Positions 16,342 to 25,214 are shown, counted from the stretch's first letter. The stretch: DNA of 35,115 nucleotides from a virus (IMGVR_UViG_3300044667_000048:1-35115), one strand, 5' to 3'. The notes: generated by a model not told the origin, from the sequence alone. Numbers and translations: made by a program.

Positions 16342-16652
16342 GCGACCTCCGCTACATCCTCGTGGACTGGGCGCCTGACATGGGCGCGTGGTCGTGGCAG
16401 ATCGACATCGACGCCGAGAACCACTGGTGGCTCGTCCAGCATGGGCGACGCCGCACCCGCTCGCCCTGGCGGCCGGATACCGAAATGGATGCGTACGCCG
16501 TGGTCGCCATCCTGTACGAGCTCAACAAGGCCGGCCCGCTGCCCCTACCTGACGCGATCACAGCGAAGGCGGATAAGCGGGATCAGGATGCGCTCCGGCG
16601 AAACTTCATGACGCAGGGCTACAGCATCCTGATCCGTCACCTGCTGCGCTGA
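16338..16652 (+). CDS. Hypothetical protein (104 aa, MSDLRYILVDW...)
   Basis: GGAGGAG RBS; ATGA overlap; internal start of track ORF 16182..16652. Confidence 0.7.
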   Translation: MSDLRYILVDWAPDMGAWSWQIDIDAENHWWLVQHGRRRTRSPWRPDTEMDAYAVVAILYELNKAGPLPLPDAITAKADKRDQDALRRNFMTQGYSILIRHLLR

Positions 16653-16692
16653 CCCATAGACCTCCTAGCTGCGTTGATGTGATCGGGCGGGC

Positions 16693-19600
16693 TCAGCCGC
16701 GACTGTCGAGGTACTGGCTTGCCTGCGTGAACATCACCTGCGCGTCCACCGTCTCCCGGATGGTGGTGCCGTTGATGTTGAGCGTCTTGTTGACGACCGT
16801 CCCGCCCAGCCCCGTACCTGCGGCACCTCCTGCGGCGGCGCCTCCTCCGCTGGAGGGCGATCCGGAGTACCGCACCTGCTGAGGAGCCGACACCCGACTG
16901 CTGTTGATGGGGCCAGACGACAGCGCCGACGCACCCGAATAGGCGTAACCCTGGTCTAGCGGCTGGCTGCCCTCGACCAGCCCGCCAGGCGGCTTCGGCT
17001 TGAGCGGCTGGTTTCCCTCGACGAAGCCCGGCTTGGGCTTGGCCTTGCCCTTCGGCTTGGGGCCAGAGCCTGCGATCATTCCCGGCTCATCAGCCCCCTT
17101 CTTGCCGGTCGCGGCCTGAGCAGCCGCCACCGCCGCCGACAGGCCCTTCACAGCCCCCGACAGGCCGTCCACACCCGAGCCGAGCAGATCCACCGTGTCG
17201 CCGATGATGCGGGATCCGGCCAGCCACGACTGGTCGAGCTGGGCCGCGCTCGCCCCGACCTTGCCGATTGACGAGGTGAGACTGCCCGCCTGCCCCATCG
17301 TGGACTGCAGAGAGCCCATGACCGCCTGCAGCCCGCCGGCCACCTGCATGCCGGAGCCGTCGATCGTGACCGACAGATCGGACAGGCTCCGCGCCGCCTG
17401 CTGGTTGTTGAGCTGTAGGCCGAAGTCGTTCGCCACCTTTGACAGCAGGTCGATTGCCCTGGACCTGTAGCGCTGCTCGTACGGGATGAACGCCTCCTGA
17501 TCGGCGCCCTCCCCGTACAGGATCGTCGGCCCCGATGCGATGTTCGGGGCGGTGCTCCGCACGCCGCCTACGGCGTACCGCTCGACACCACCCTCGGCGT
17601 AGGCGACGATGCCGCCAGCGCGGGCCTTCAGGTTGTCCTGCTTGGCAATCTGGCGCTTCCGCTCGACGATGTCCGCGATGACCGTCGCGGTGACTGTCTT
17701 GCCGTCCAAGCCGTCGAGGAGCTTGCCGAGCCGTTCTGCCTCGCGGATGCTCTTCTCCGCCCCCTTGGCGGCCACGTCTGTGGAAGCCGACTTCGGGAGC
17801 ACGAGGTACTTCTTGATCAGCTTGTCGATCGCTGACTCAGACAGGCCGGCGTCCCGCATCACGCCGCGCAGCTCGGACGCATGCGTGTTGAGCACGGTGT
17901 TTGCCTTGCCGACGTCCTGGGTCTGCTCGTACACCTTCGCCGCATGGTCGGCTGCAGCCTGGGCCGCCTCGATGAGCGCCGTCCTGTTGGCCCGCCCCTT
18001 CTCGGAGTTGAGGTCGAACGACCTGCCGTTCTCGCGCAGGCTCACGGCCAGTCGATCGACAGTCCCCTTGAACCCGATTGCCGCCTGGTCGGCGGAACCT
18101 GCGGCACTGTTGAACATGCCCATCTTGCTGGTCAGGCCGCCGATCTGCCCTGCCGCGGTCGTCGCGGTGTTCCCGAGCCCGCTGATGCCCTGCTGCGCCG
18201 TCTTCGACGCAATCGCATCCAGCTCTTTCTGGTGCTTGAGCTGAGCGATCTTCTCTTCAAGTGCGTCGATCTTGTCCAGCTCGTTGTCCCACGCGAACGG
18301 GGCGAGGTTCACGACGCCCAGGTCCAGGGACGGGCCCGTGGCTTCCTTCAGCTTGTTGACCTGCTCCGTCATCGCCCGGATCTGGGAGTCGACGTCGCTG
18401 CCGGCAAGCGCCTGAATCTTCTCGGCGAACCGGCCGGCGGCCACGGCGTTCTTGTTCAGGCGGTCCTCAAGTAGCAGCAGACCGCCGGTCAGAACAGCGC
18501 CACCGAGCAGAGTTGAGGCGTTACCGACCTTGTCCTTGAGTCCGCCAAGAGCGTCTCCGAACTTGCCTGTAGCGGTCGTCACCTTGTCGAAACCGTCTCG
18601 CACGGCACCGATCTTGCTGGGGATCTCGGTGAAGAACCTGGCGACGCCAAGCCCGGCCTGAGCTGTTTTGATCGCAACGATGGCCACCGCGATCAGACGG
18701 ATGTGCTCGGGATCCATACCGGCGGTCAGCTTGGCGAGAAGGCCAAGCCCCGAGAACGCGCCGACCCCGAGCGGACCGACTGCCTCACCGATCTTGCCCA
18801 AGGTCTCGGCGAGGTTCTTCGCCAGCTCAAGCACCTCGGGGGCGTTCTCCTTCACAAACAGGATGAACTCATGGAACTCGGGCGAGTTCTTGAGATTCTG
18901 GCCCCACTTGGAGAACGCCAGACTGGCCTTCTCGACTCCTCCCACGATTGTGGGTGTGAACGGCAGGAAAGCGTCGATGACGCCGGCGACCCCGGTCGAG
19001 ACATTGATGAACGAGTTGCCCAGGCCCGTCATCGCCCCGGGGATCTGAGTGTTGATGTTGGTCAGGAACTGCTGCCAGAACGGGCCGGTCAGGGCTGTCT
19101 CGGCGTTCTTGCCGAAGGTCAGCAGTCCGGCGCTGGCGCTTTTGGCGAGCGGAGTGGCCTCTTCAAGCCCCACCCTCATGAGGCGAAGTCCCTGGTCGAT
19201 GACCGGGAACACGTCCGGCTCCAGGGCGCGCTGCCACTTGATGTACTCGTCCTTGAAGCTCTTGATGTTCTTGGCGAGGGCGATCTCTTCCTTGTTCAGG
19301 TCGGCGAACGCATCCCTCGCCTTCGCCGCCCCACCGCCGCCGCCGGACATGGCCTGCTGCTGCTGAAGATGGGCGATCTTGAGCTGCTGGGCTGCCTGCT
19401 CCGTCTTGGCCTGGGCGTCCTTCAGCCTCTCTAGGGCGTCCTGGTATTCCTTCGTGCCCTTGACGCCCTCACGGTTGGCCTCAGTGGTGTCCTTGCGGGC
19501 CCGCTGCGTCTTGACCTCCTGCTCACGGGCCCGCTGCTGGGCCATTTCCAGGGAGAGCTGGGCTCGCTCGATCTCCAGAGCTGTGGCCTTGGGGTCGCCT

Positions 19601-20520
19601 TGGAGCTCGCTGAGCCTCGCCTCGGCCTCGCGCACGGCGAGAGCAGCGTCTTTCTGGCTGAGGATGGACCTCTCCAGGGAGAAGTTCATGTCTTCCAGAG
19701 CCCGTCTGCCAGCCTCGCGCGCCCGGGTCAAGTCTTCCTGGGCAGCCCTCTCCTCGGCCTGAGCGTCCTTCAGCCTGCGCTCGGCCTGCTCCAGTTGCAT
19801 GGCCTGCTGGGCCGCCTGAGCCGCGGACTGGCCAGCGCCACCGGTGGCGGTGCCAGCGCTCTTAGCAGCGGTCTCCTGCGCCTTGAGCGCGTCATTGATG
19901 CGGCCAAGGGCAGGAATCGCCACCGCGCCAAAAGCCGCAGCTCCAGCCCCCGCCGCAGCGAACGCTCCGCCGAGCGCGGTCACGCCGACAGCGATCGTCG
20001 TCACCGCAGGCAGGGACGCGAGAGCCGCGCCCACGAGGGCGATGCTTCGCAGCGCGCCGGCCACGTCGGCATTGACGTCGACCCGAGCGTCCTTACCGTT
20101 GAGCTTGGACACCTCAGCGTCCACAGCGCGCAGCTCAGCGAGAGCAGAGCCGATGTCGGCCTTGACGTTGATGTCGGTCTCGGCGCGCTCCAGCTTCTCC
20201 AGCTCGCGCTCGATCTCCTGGATCTGCGCCATGGCGTCGGCAGCGCTTATGTCGATGCCGATGCGCTTGTCGCTGAGCGAGTCCATCTGGGACCGCAGCT
20301 CCGCGAACTTGATCTCAGCAGCAGTCGAGTCCGCGTCAATCTTGATCTTCGGTAGGGCCTTCGTTGCTGCTTCCAGCCGCTGACGCATCCGGTCAGCGGA
20401 CGCGCCCGTCTCCGTCATCTGACGAGACAGGTCCTGAGCGCCGCCCTTGGCCTCACGCATCCCAGCGACGAATCCGCTGACCCGAGCCCGCAGGTTGATC
20501 GAGATAGAGCGGTCAGCCAC
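16693..20520 (-). CDS. Phage tape measure protein (1275 aa)
   Basis: Long Ala/Gly-rich helical protein directly after the tail chaperones. Confidence 0.95.
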   Translation of the reverse strand: MADRSISINLRARVSGFVAGMREAKGGAQDLSRQMTETGASADRMRQRLEAATKALPKIKIDADSTAAEIKFAELRSQMDSLSDKRIGIDISAADAMAQIQEIERELEKLERAETDINVKADIGSALAELRAVDAEVSKLNGKDARVDVNADVAGALRSIALVGAALASLPAVTTIAVGVTALGGAFAAAGAGAAAFGAVAIPALGRINDALKAQETAAKSAGTATGGAGQSAAQAAQQAMQLEQAERRLKDAQAEERAAQEDLTRAREAGRRALEDMNFSLERSILSQKDAALAVREAEARLSELQGDPKATALEIERAQLSLEMAQQRAREQEVKTQRARKDTTEANREGVKGTKEYQDALERLKDAQAKTEQAAQQLKIAHLQQQQAMSGGGGGAAKARDAFADLNKEEIALAKNIKSFKDEYIKWQRALEPDVFPVIDQGLRLMRVGLEEATPLAKSASAGLLTFGKNAETALTGPFWQQFLTNINTQIPGAMTGLGNSFINVSTGVAGVIDAFLPFTPTIVGGVEKASLAFSKWGQNLKNSPEFHEFILFVKENAPEVLELAKNLAETLGKIGEAVGPLGVGAFSGLGLLAKLTAGMDPEHIRLIAVAIVAIKTAQAGLGVARFFTEIPSKIGAVRDGFDKVTTATGKFGDALGGLKDKVGNASTLLGGAVLTGGLLLLEDRLNKNAVAAGRFAEKIQALAGSDVDSQIRAMTEQVNKLKEATGPSLDLGVVNLAPFAWDNELDKIDALEEKIAQLKHQKELDAIASKTAQQGISGLGNTATTAAGQIGGLTSKMGMFNSAAGSADQAAIGFKGTVDRLAVSLRENGRSFDLNSEKGRANRTALIEAAQAAADHAAKVYEQTQDVGKANTVLNTHASELRGVMRDAGLSESAIDKLIKKYLVLPKSASTDVAAKGAEKSIREAERLGKLLDGLDGKTVTATVIADIVERKRQIAKQDNLKARAGGIVAYAEGGVERYAVGGVRSTAPNIASGPTILYGEGADQEAFIPYEQRYRSRAIDLLSKVANDFGLQLNNQQAARSLSDLSVTIDGSGMQVAGGLQAVMGSLQSTMGQAGSLTSSIGKVGASAAQLDQSWLAGSRIIGDTVDLLGSGVDGLSGAVKGLSAAVAAAQAATGKKGADEPGMIAGSGPKPKGKAKPKPGFVEGNQPLKPKPPGGLVEGSQPLDQGYAYSGASALSSGPINSSRVSAPQQVRYSGSPSSGGGAAAGGAAGTGLGGTVVNKTLNINGTTIRETVDAQVMFTQASQYLDSRG

Positions 20521-20629
20521 GACTCACCCCCCGAACGTCACGGTTTGAGTCGTTTAGCCCCACAGCACGCCTGGTGCGTGCGATCATCCAAGCGAATCGG
20601 GGGGTTCACATCTATCGAGGAGAAGACCT

Positions 20630-20746
20630 ATGAACCTGCAAGGCCCCGAACTGCTGATGATCCTGGTTGTGCTCCTGCTGCTGGGAGCGATCATCTTTGG
20701 CGTTGTCTTCGCTGCCGTGCGGATGGCAAACCGCAAGCGGTCTTAG
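20630..20746 (+). CDS. Antisense-oriented small membrane protein (38 aa), moron-like
   Basis: GAGGAG RBS; MNLQGPELLMILVVLLLLGAIIFGVVFAAVRMANRKRS, a single TM helix with a basic tail. Confidence 0.75.
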   Translation: MNLQGPELLMILVVLLLLGAIIFGVVFAAVRMANRKRS

Positions 20747-21165
20747 CTGACCTGCTCCACAAACCGAATCAGCGCATCTGAGCGGACCGTTGGCATCTTG
20801 GAGCGCTGCTCGTCATCCTTGAGAAGGGCGTCACAGCCGTAGCAGCGGGCCGGTTCTGGCACGCGGTAGCTGTGGACAGGCTCCCCGTTCGCCATCGCCG
20901 TTGTGTCGGCAAGCTGCAGTCGACATGTGGGGCATCGCCCGTTGAGCCACCGCCGCCACGCCTGCGCCCACGACACGTCCTCGGGCAGCCAGCGCGGCTC
21001 CCAAGTCGTGACCGTCCGTACGAGGCGGTCCCCCTCGTACACAAACTCCGTCGTAGCCTGTGATTGGCGTCCCAGCAGTTCACTACGCGGGACGCCAAAC
21101 ATGGCGGCTACTTCGAGTTCTTCCTGGAGCTCTGGAGAATCGCGGAGGCGGCGAACGAGAAAGGG
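20743..21165 (-). CDS. Tail assembly chaperone GT extension (-1 frameshift product)
   Basis: Open -1 frame entered at the slippery heptamer C CCT TTC (21159-21165); CPTC...CYGC. Confidence 0.8.
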   Translation of the reverse strand, partial: PFLVRRLRDSPELQEELEVAAMFGVPRSELLGRQSQATTEFVYEGDRLVRTVTTWEPRWLPEDVSWAQAWRRWLNGRCPTCRLQLADTTAMANGEPVHSYRVPEPARCYGCDALLKDDEQRSKMPTVRSDALIRFVEQVS

Positions 21166-21662
21166 ACGTCCACATCCCTCTTGTTCACGGAGAACGCGGC
21201 GCTGACGAGGCTGTCCCACTGCGCCTGCGTGAGCACGTCCGCAAGCTGCTCGGCCTCCACGACGCTCATCTTGGGCTCGACCGCGCAGGCAGACACGAGC
21301 GCGACCGAGAACGTCTCCCAGTCGACCTCCGCGCCATTCTCCCTGTCCTCGTCGCTCGGAGGGCAGGAGGCGACGATGTCGGAATACTCCTTGCGCGGCC
21401 TGCCCTGGAACCGGAAGACGCGCGTGTGCTCACGCATCCGCTCACGCAGTTCCATGATCTGCTGCGCGATCTGGGTAGCCATCGGGTTGGCTCCGCCCGC
21501 GAGCGTGCCGTCCGCCGGCTGGTCGCGAGCGATCGCGAGATCACGCTCCAGGTCCTCGAACTCCGCCTGCAGATCACCAGCCAGGCAGATCGGAACCGTC
21601 TTCTCCGGGCGCTTGACCCGGCCGATGATGTCCGCGATGGCCTCGGACTTGGTCGAGGTCAC
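21108..21662 (-). CDS. Tail assembly chaperone G (184 aa)
   Basis: Lies between tail tube and TMP; DVPF slippery site near the C-terminus. Confidence 0.88.
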   Translation of the reverse strand: MTSTKSEAIADIIGRVKRPEKTVPICLAGDLQAEFEDLERDLAIARDQPADGTLAGGANPMATQIAQQIMELRERMREHTRVFRFQGRPRKEYSDIVASCPPSDEDRENGAEVDWETFSVALVSACAVEPKMSVVEAEQLADVLTQAQWDSLVSAAFSVNKRDVDVPFSFAASAILQSSRKNSK

Positions 21663-22150
21663 GCCGCCACCGTCGCCTCAGTCGTGTACGGCCCAGAGGC
21701 ATACAGCTTGAGCTGGACCTTCTCGTACGACTCGCGCTCAGGCGCCATCGGCCGGCGCTCGCCGCAGATCACCTCGTAGACCTCGACCTTCTGGCCAGCG
21801 GCATACCCCGTGGTGGCGGCGACGCCGCGGCGGACGACCAGAAAGCCTGCTGTCCCGCGGGTCATGACTGACCACATGCGGTCGGCGCCGGCTGAACTGT
21901 CCCTGTAGTACGTGAGCTCGATTTGAGCCTTGGTGCGTCCGGGACTCTCGAAATCCTGCGTCGAGGCCAGGACGTTACCCTCGACGGTGCCCTCGTCGAA
22001 AGAGATGTCCAGGCCGTCATCGGTGACGGTGTTCTCCAGAGCGATGGCACCCGCCGCGGTCAGCTCGGTTCCCGCCGACGGGCTGCTGATGCTAGCGATG
22101 GCGGGGACGAACGTCGCCTTAGTGTTGCCGTCGGTAAGCCTCTTGCCCAC
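21659..22150 (-). CDS. Major tail tube protein (163 aa)
   Basis: DGNTKATFVPAIA..P...EL and GFLVVRRG......AGQKVEVY, typical of actinophage tail tubes; position. Confidence 0.88.
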   Translation of the reverse strand: MGKRLTDGNTKATFVPAIASISSPSAGTELTAAGAIALENTVTDDGLDISFDEGTVEGNVLASTQDFESPGRTKAQIELTYYRDSSAGADRMWSVMTRGTAGFLVVRRGVAATTGYAAGQKVEVYEVICGERRPMAPERESYEKVQLKLYASGPYTTEATVAA

Positions 22151-22153
22151 GGC

Positions 22154-22369
22154 CTACTCCTTGTCTTCCGAGGCAGGCCGAGATGCCGCCTTCTTGGGCT
22201 TGGGGGAACTGGTCTCTTGCGAGGAGTCGCCGGCGGGCGTGTCGGGCTCATCGCCAGTCTCGGATGGGTCCTCGATGGTGTAGCCCTCACGGCCCTGCCA
22301 GTAGGGCAGGGCGAAGGCGTCGACCTCGAAGGTGTTGCCGTACGGGTCGCGGATGGTCAGCGAGCTCAT
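22154..22369 (-). CDS. Small hypothetical protein (71 aa)
   Basis: ATGA overlap; low-complexity charged tail. Confidence 0.65.
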   Translation of the reverse strand: MSSLTIRDPYGNTFEVDAFALPYWQGREGYTIEDPSETGDEPDTPAGDSSQETSSPKPKKAASRPASEDKE

Positions 22370-22692
22370 GCGCGCATCACCGCGATGGAGATGGTCGTAG
22401 TCGGCGAGCACGCGATAGCCACACGACCATCAGCCGGGTCCACGTAGGCCGGCAACAGCAGGATCGGCACGTCGGCCCCCGCAGCGATGGTCTTGGTCTT
22501 GACCGGGTTGGCCACGCCGTAGGGGGTGTTGCCGGGAACGGTGATGGTGGCGGTCGTGGAACTGCCGGCGCCGTTCCGGATGATGACGAACGTGCCGGGG
22601 GTGTACAGCACTCGGTCGCCCGAGCCGCCGACCGTGCTGTAACTGATCGCCGCCTCGCTGGAGATCGCTTGCGAGGTATCGAGATTGGCCAT
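22366..22692 (-). CDS. Putative structural protein (108 aa)
   Basis: GAGGAG RBS; beta-rich, Thr/Gly-rich; located in the tail region. Confidence 0.75.
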   Translation of the reverse strand: MANLDTSQAISSEAAISYSTVGGSGDRVLYTPGTFVIIRNGAGSSTTATITVPGNTPYGVANPVKTKTIAAGADVPILLLPAYVDPADGRVAIACSPTTTISIAVMRA

Positions 22693-22712
22693 ACGGCTCT
22701 CCTCAGGGCATG

Positions 22713-22735
22713 AAAAAAGCCCGCCGTGGCGGGCT
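22713..22735 (-). terminator. Intrinsic terminator inside the late operon
   Basis: AGCCCGC-CACG-GCGGGCT followed by a T run on the minus strand. Confidence 0.7.
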
Positions 22736-22749
22736 GGGGACAGACGAGG

Positions 22750-23160
22750 TCAGACCGGATCTGACCTGGTCACGTACTGGGAGGTGGCGTAGAACAGCGC
22801 GGTCGAGTCGTCCTCGCGCCTGATGGGCTGAGCGCCTTCCTCAACCGCCGGCCAGACGCGACGACCGGCCAAAGTAGGGACAGAGCCGAGCACCGCGGCG
22901 GCCATCTTGTCGGCCACCCACGCCGCCTGATCGCGGCTCTGGCCGACCGACGTGATTTGGTAGCGCAGTTCGTTCGGGCCGTCGTTTACGAGGTTCCGGT
23001 GGAATCCCGACTTCATGCCGGTATCGAAGTAGGCCACCGCGTATGGCGGATCAGCGTCCGGCAGCGCCTCACCGTCGTGGATGACCAACGTGCTCGGCAC
23101 GGCGGTCCGCCACACGGTGAGGAGTGCATCCACGAGCGGCCTGGACGGCAGTGGCGTCAC
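22750..23160 (-). CDS. Tail terminator/completion protein (136 aa)
   Basis: PPYAV, YQITSVG.SRDQA.WVAD; position. Confidence 0.8.
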   Translation of the reverse strand: MTPLPSRPLVDALLTVWRTAVPSTLVIHDGEALPDADPPYAVAYFDTGMKSGFHRNLVNDGPNELRYQITSVGQSRDQAAWVADKMAAAVLGSVPTLAGRRVWPAVEEGAQPIRREDDSTALFYATSQYVTRSDPV

Positions 23161-23540
23161 AACAGGTCCCGCACGATCTCATCGAGGCTCTTCATGAACT
23201 TGGGCTCCTCGATGACCGCGGCCCCGGCGCCGTCGAGGTGCGGCGGCTGGTTGGCGGACCCGTACTCGAACCCGCGGCCCATCCCGCCCTGCGGCAGGGC
23301 CGACTCTGGGCCGACCGTCCACTCGATCGCGTCCGCCGTAGGCACCTGCTCGGTGGTGATGGTCCGCGGGTACCTCTTGCCGTGCTTCTTCGAGGTCCGG
23401 CGCGCGTTCTTCTGCCACAGGTCGCGCAACGCCTCGGCGTGCTGCTCCACCACCGGATAGGTGCGGCTTGCGGCATCCTTCTCGGCACCGTCGAAGACGG
23501 TGATGAGGCGGTCCAGGTCGCCGGCGTCGATGTCGGACAT
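23157..23540 (-). CDS. Neck protein, HK97 gp10-like (127 aa)
   Basis: VGP......GGMG.GFEYGS.NQPPH motif. Confidence 0.8.
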   Translation of the reverse strand: MSDIDAGDLDRLITVFDGAEKDAASRTYPVVEQHAEALRDLWQKNARRTSKKHGKRYPRTITTEQVPTADAIEWTVGPESALPQGGMGRGFEYGSANQPPHLDGAGAAVIEEPKFMKSLDEIVRDLL

Positions 23541-23941
23541 CAGCCCTCCTTGTCCTCCACAAGCAGCCGCCTAGCTGTGGATGTCCCGGCGAGGCTGATG
23601 CCGATCACTTCGAGGTGTCGGCCGATCAGCCAGGCGTCGTCCGAGGCGGTGACGGTCAGCCGGTCCTCGCGCTGAACTGCCGGTGTGGCATCCCAGGGCA
23701 GCACGGCCACGTACTCACCTAGGGTGACCTCACGCTCTCCCCACTCCGTCTCGGAGGAGGAGCGGGGCTTGATCCGGCACTGTCCGCTGTAGACGGTCGT
23801 GTACGTCTGCTCGTACTGGCCGGTCTCCTCGTTGAGCACCGGCTCGCCGACGCGCCGCTCCACGGTGCAGGTGTCCCGCATCAGGGCAAGCGCCTCGCGC
23901 CTGCCCTCCGCAAGGGCCTGCTCCAGCACCAGATCGGTCAT
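23540..23941 (-). CDS. Head closure protein, DUF6093-like (133 aa)
   Basis: GRREA.ALMRDTCTV.R...VYSGQCRIK...TARRL. Confidence 0.82.
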   Translation of the reverse strand: MTDLVLEQALAEGRREALALMRDTCTVERRVGEPVLNEETGQYEQTYTTVYSGQCRIKPRSSSETEWGEREVTLGEYVAVLPWDATPAVQREDRLTVTASDDAWLIGRHLEVIGISLAGTSTARRLLVEDKEG

Positions 23942-24522
23942 GACAGCCTCGTGGTCGCTGCGGCCCGCCTGTAGTTGGCGAGCGTGAGCTTGTTCGCCGC
24001 TGACAGACTTGCGCCGCCGAACGTCTCACTGGCGTACGTCCTGCTGTAGTCGTCGATCGTGACGCTACGGAGCCCGGACGGATTCGTCAGCGACCTGCCG
24101 GCGATGTCGAGGACCGCGGCCACGATGTCACCCGGCACGGTGGCGTAGCCGTGCGAATAGGTGACCTGTACCCGCGGGGACCAGGTGCCGCAGTAGCGGC
24201 GCAACTCGTCCTGGTACCTGCGGTAGGTGAGGTCCTCTCTCATCGTCAGCGCTGCCCTGCCGTACTCGGCGAGCTCAACCACCGTGATCGGGTTGTCCTC
24301 GTCGACCACGACGGGACGTTGAGGGAGGATGACGGTCGGCCCGCCGCCCTCCAACACCATCACGTCGGAGGCGACGAAGCTGATCTGCTGGCCGGTGTAG
24401 CCGCGCACCACCGCGGACGCGAGCCGCAGCGCCATCTCCGCTTGCCCGGCGTCGATGCTTCGCTGCAGGTACGCCTCCAGGTCGGCCGACGTGGCGAGCG
24501 GAGGACCATCCATGAACCCCAC
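23938..24522 (-). CDS. Head-to-tail adaptor
   Basis: LAT.ADL, ASAVVRGY, VQVTYSHGY..VP.DI, NPSGLRS.TIDDYS. Confidence 0.85.
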   Translation of the reverse strand: MGFMDGPPLATSADLEAYLQRSIDAGQAEMALRLASAVVRGYTGQQISFVASDVMVLEGGGPTVILPQRPVVVDEDNPITVVELAEYGRAALTMREDLTYRRYQDELRRYCGTWSPRVQVTYSHGYATVPGDIVAAVLDIAGRSLTNPSGLRSVTIDDYSRTYASETFGGASLSAANKLTLANYRRAAATTRLS

Positions 24523-24537
24523 GCCGACCTCCCTCCG

Positions 24538-24780
24538 TCAGAAGCGGCCGGCGCGCTCTTCGAGCTCGGCCCTGCGCTTGCGGGACAGTTCGACGTCGGT
24601 TTCCGGGGTGGGCTCACCCGCGACGACGCCGGCGACGGTGTAGGCCGAGTTGGGGGTGGCGTCGACCTCGACGCCGCGAAACCCCTGCTCGGTCTCCTTG
24701 TCCATGGCGGTCTGGATCTCCTTGGCCGCCTTGGTCTCGGCGGGCATGTCCTTCTTCGGGGAGTTGCTACTGGTGGTCAT
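24538..24780 (-). CDS. Hypothetical protein (80 aa, MTTSSNSP...)
   Basis: GGAGG RBS before ATG 24780. Confidence 0.7.
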   Translation of the reverse strand: MTTSSNSPKKDMPAETKAAKEIQTAMDKETEQGFRGVEVDATPNSAYTVAGVVAGEPTPETDVELSRKRRAELEERAGRF

Positions 24781-24782
24781 TG

Positions 24783-25193
24783 CTACCTCCGAGAGATGGT
24801 GACCTTGACCAGGCCGCCCGGGTCCGTAATGCCGGTGCCGACGTGCACCGACCGCCACAGCAGCGTGTCGCCGGCGGTCAGGTTGAGGTTGGCGGCGGTG
24901 CCGGACAGGGTGATCGCCTTCTCGTTGTTGGCGGTCGCGGTGACGCTGCCGCTGTCGAAGGCGAGGGACGCGACGGTGGTCGAGTCGGACCCGGCCTGCC
25001 CCTTGTTCACCAGGGAGAACGTACGGTTGTTCGTCGCAGCACCCGTGATGCCGGCCTCGGGCACGTACTCGACAGCGGTGACGGTGCAGTCGAACGGCGC
25101 CTGAGCGATGACCGTGTCGTCATCGTTGCCTGCAGTCGACACGGCGGGAACGTTGGCCTGGATGACACGGACGAGAGGAGCGGTGTCTGCCAT
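24783..25193 (-). CDS. Putative capsid decoration/structural protein (136 aa)
   Basis: Directly after the capsid gene; Thr/Ala/Gly-rich beta protein. Confidence 0.7.
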   Translation of the reverse strand: MADTAPLVRVIQANVPAVSTAGNDDDTVIAQAPFDCTVTAVEYVPEAGITGAATNNRTFSLVNKGQAGSDSTTVASLAFDSGSVTATANNEKAITLSGTAANLNLTAGDTLLWRSVHVGTGITDPGGLVKVTISRR

Positions 25194-25214
25194 GAGTCTT
25201 GATCCTTTCTTCCG

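Larger units (their letters stand above)
1..16692. mobile_element. PICI-like phage satellite encoding its own TerS and tape measure protein (left end outside window; 12.2-16.7 kb assigned to it by inference)
   Basis: Integrase, divergent repressor/AlpA-like pair, prim-pol plus DUF3631-like genes, ori repeats, TerS and cos-like sites, but no capsid, portal or TerL. The attP-like site at 11987-12203 has arms on both sides. Confidence 0.8.

Noticed and set aside
1-20520. Simple recent tandem duplication of the phage tail region
   Set aside because: Only the TMP is shared, its middle is highly divergent and of different length, and the upstream genes differ completely.
20630-20746. tatA call for the small membrane ORF
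   Set aside because: The GPELLMILVVLLL start resembles TatA, but the FG-x-K-K-LP hinge and amphipathic helix are missing.
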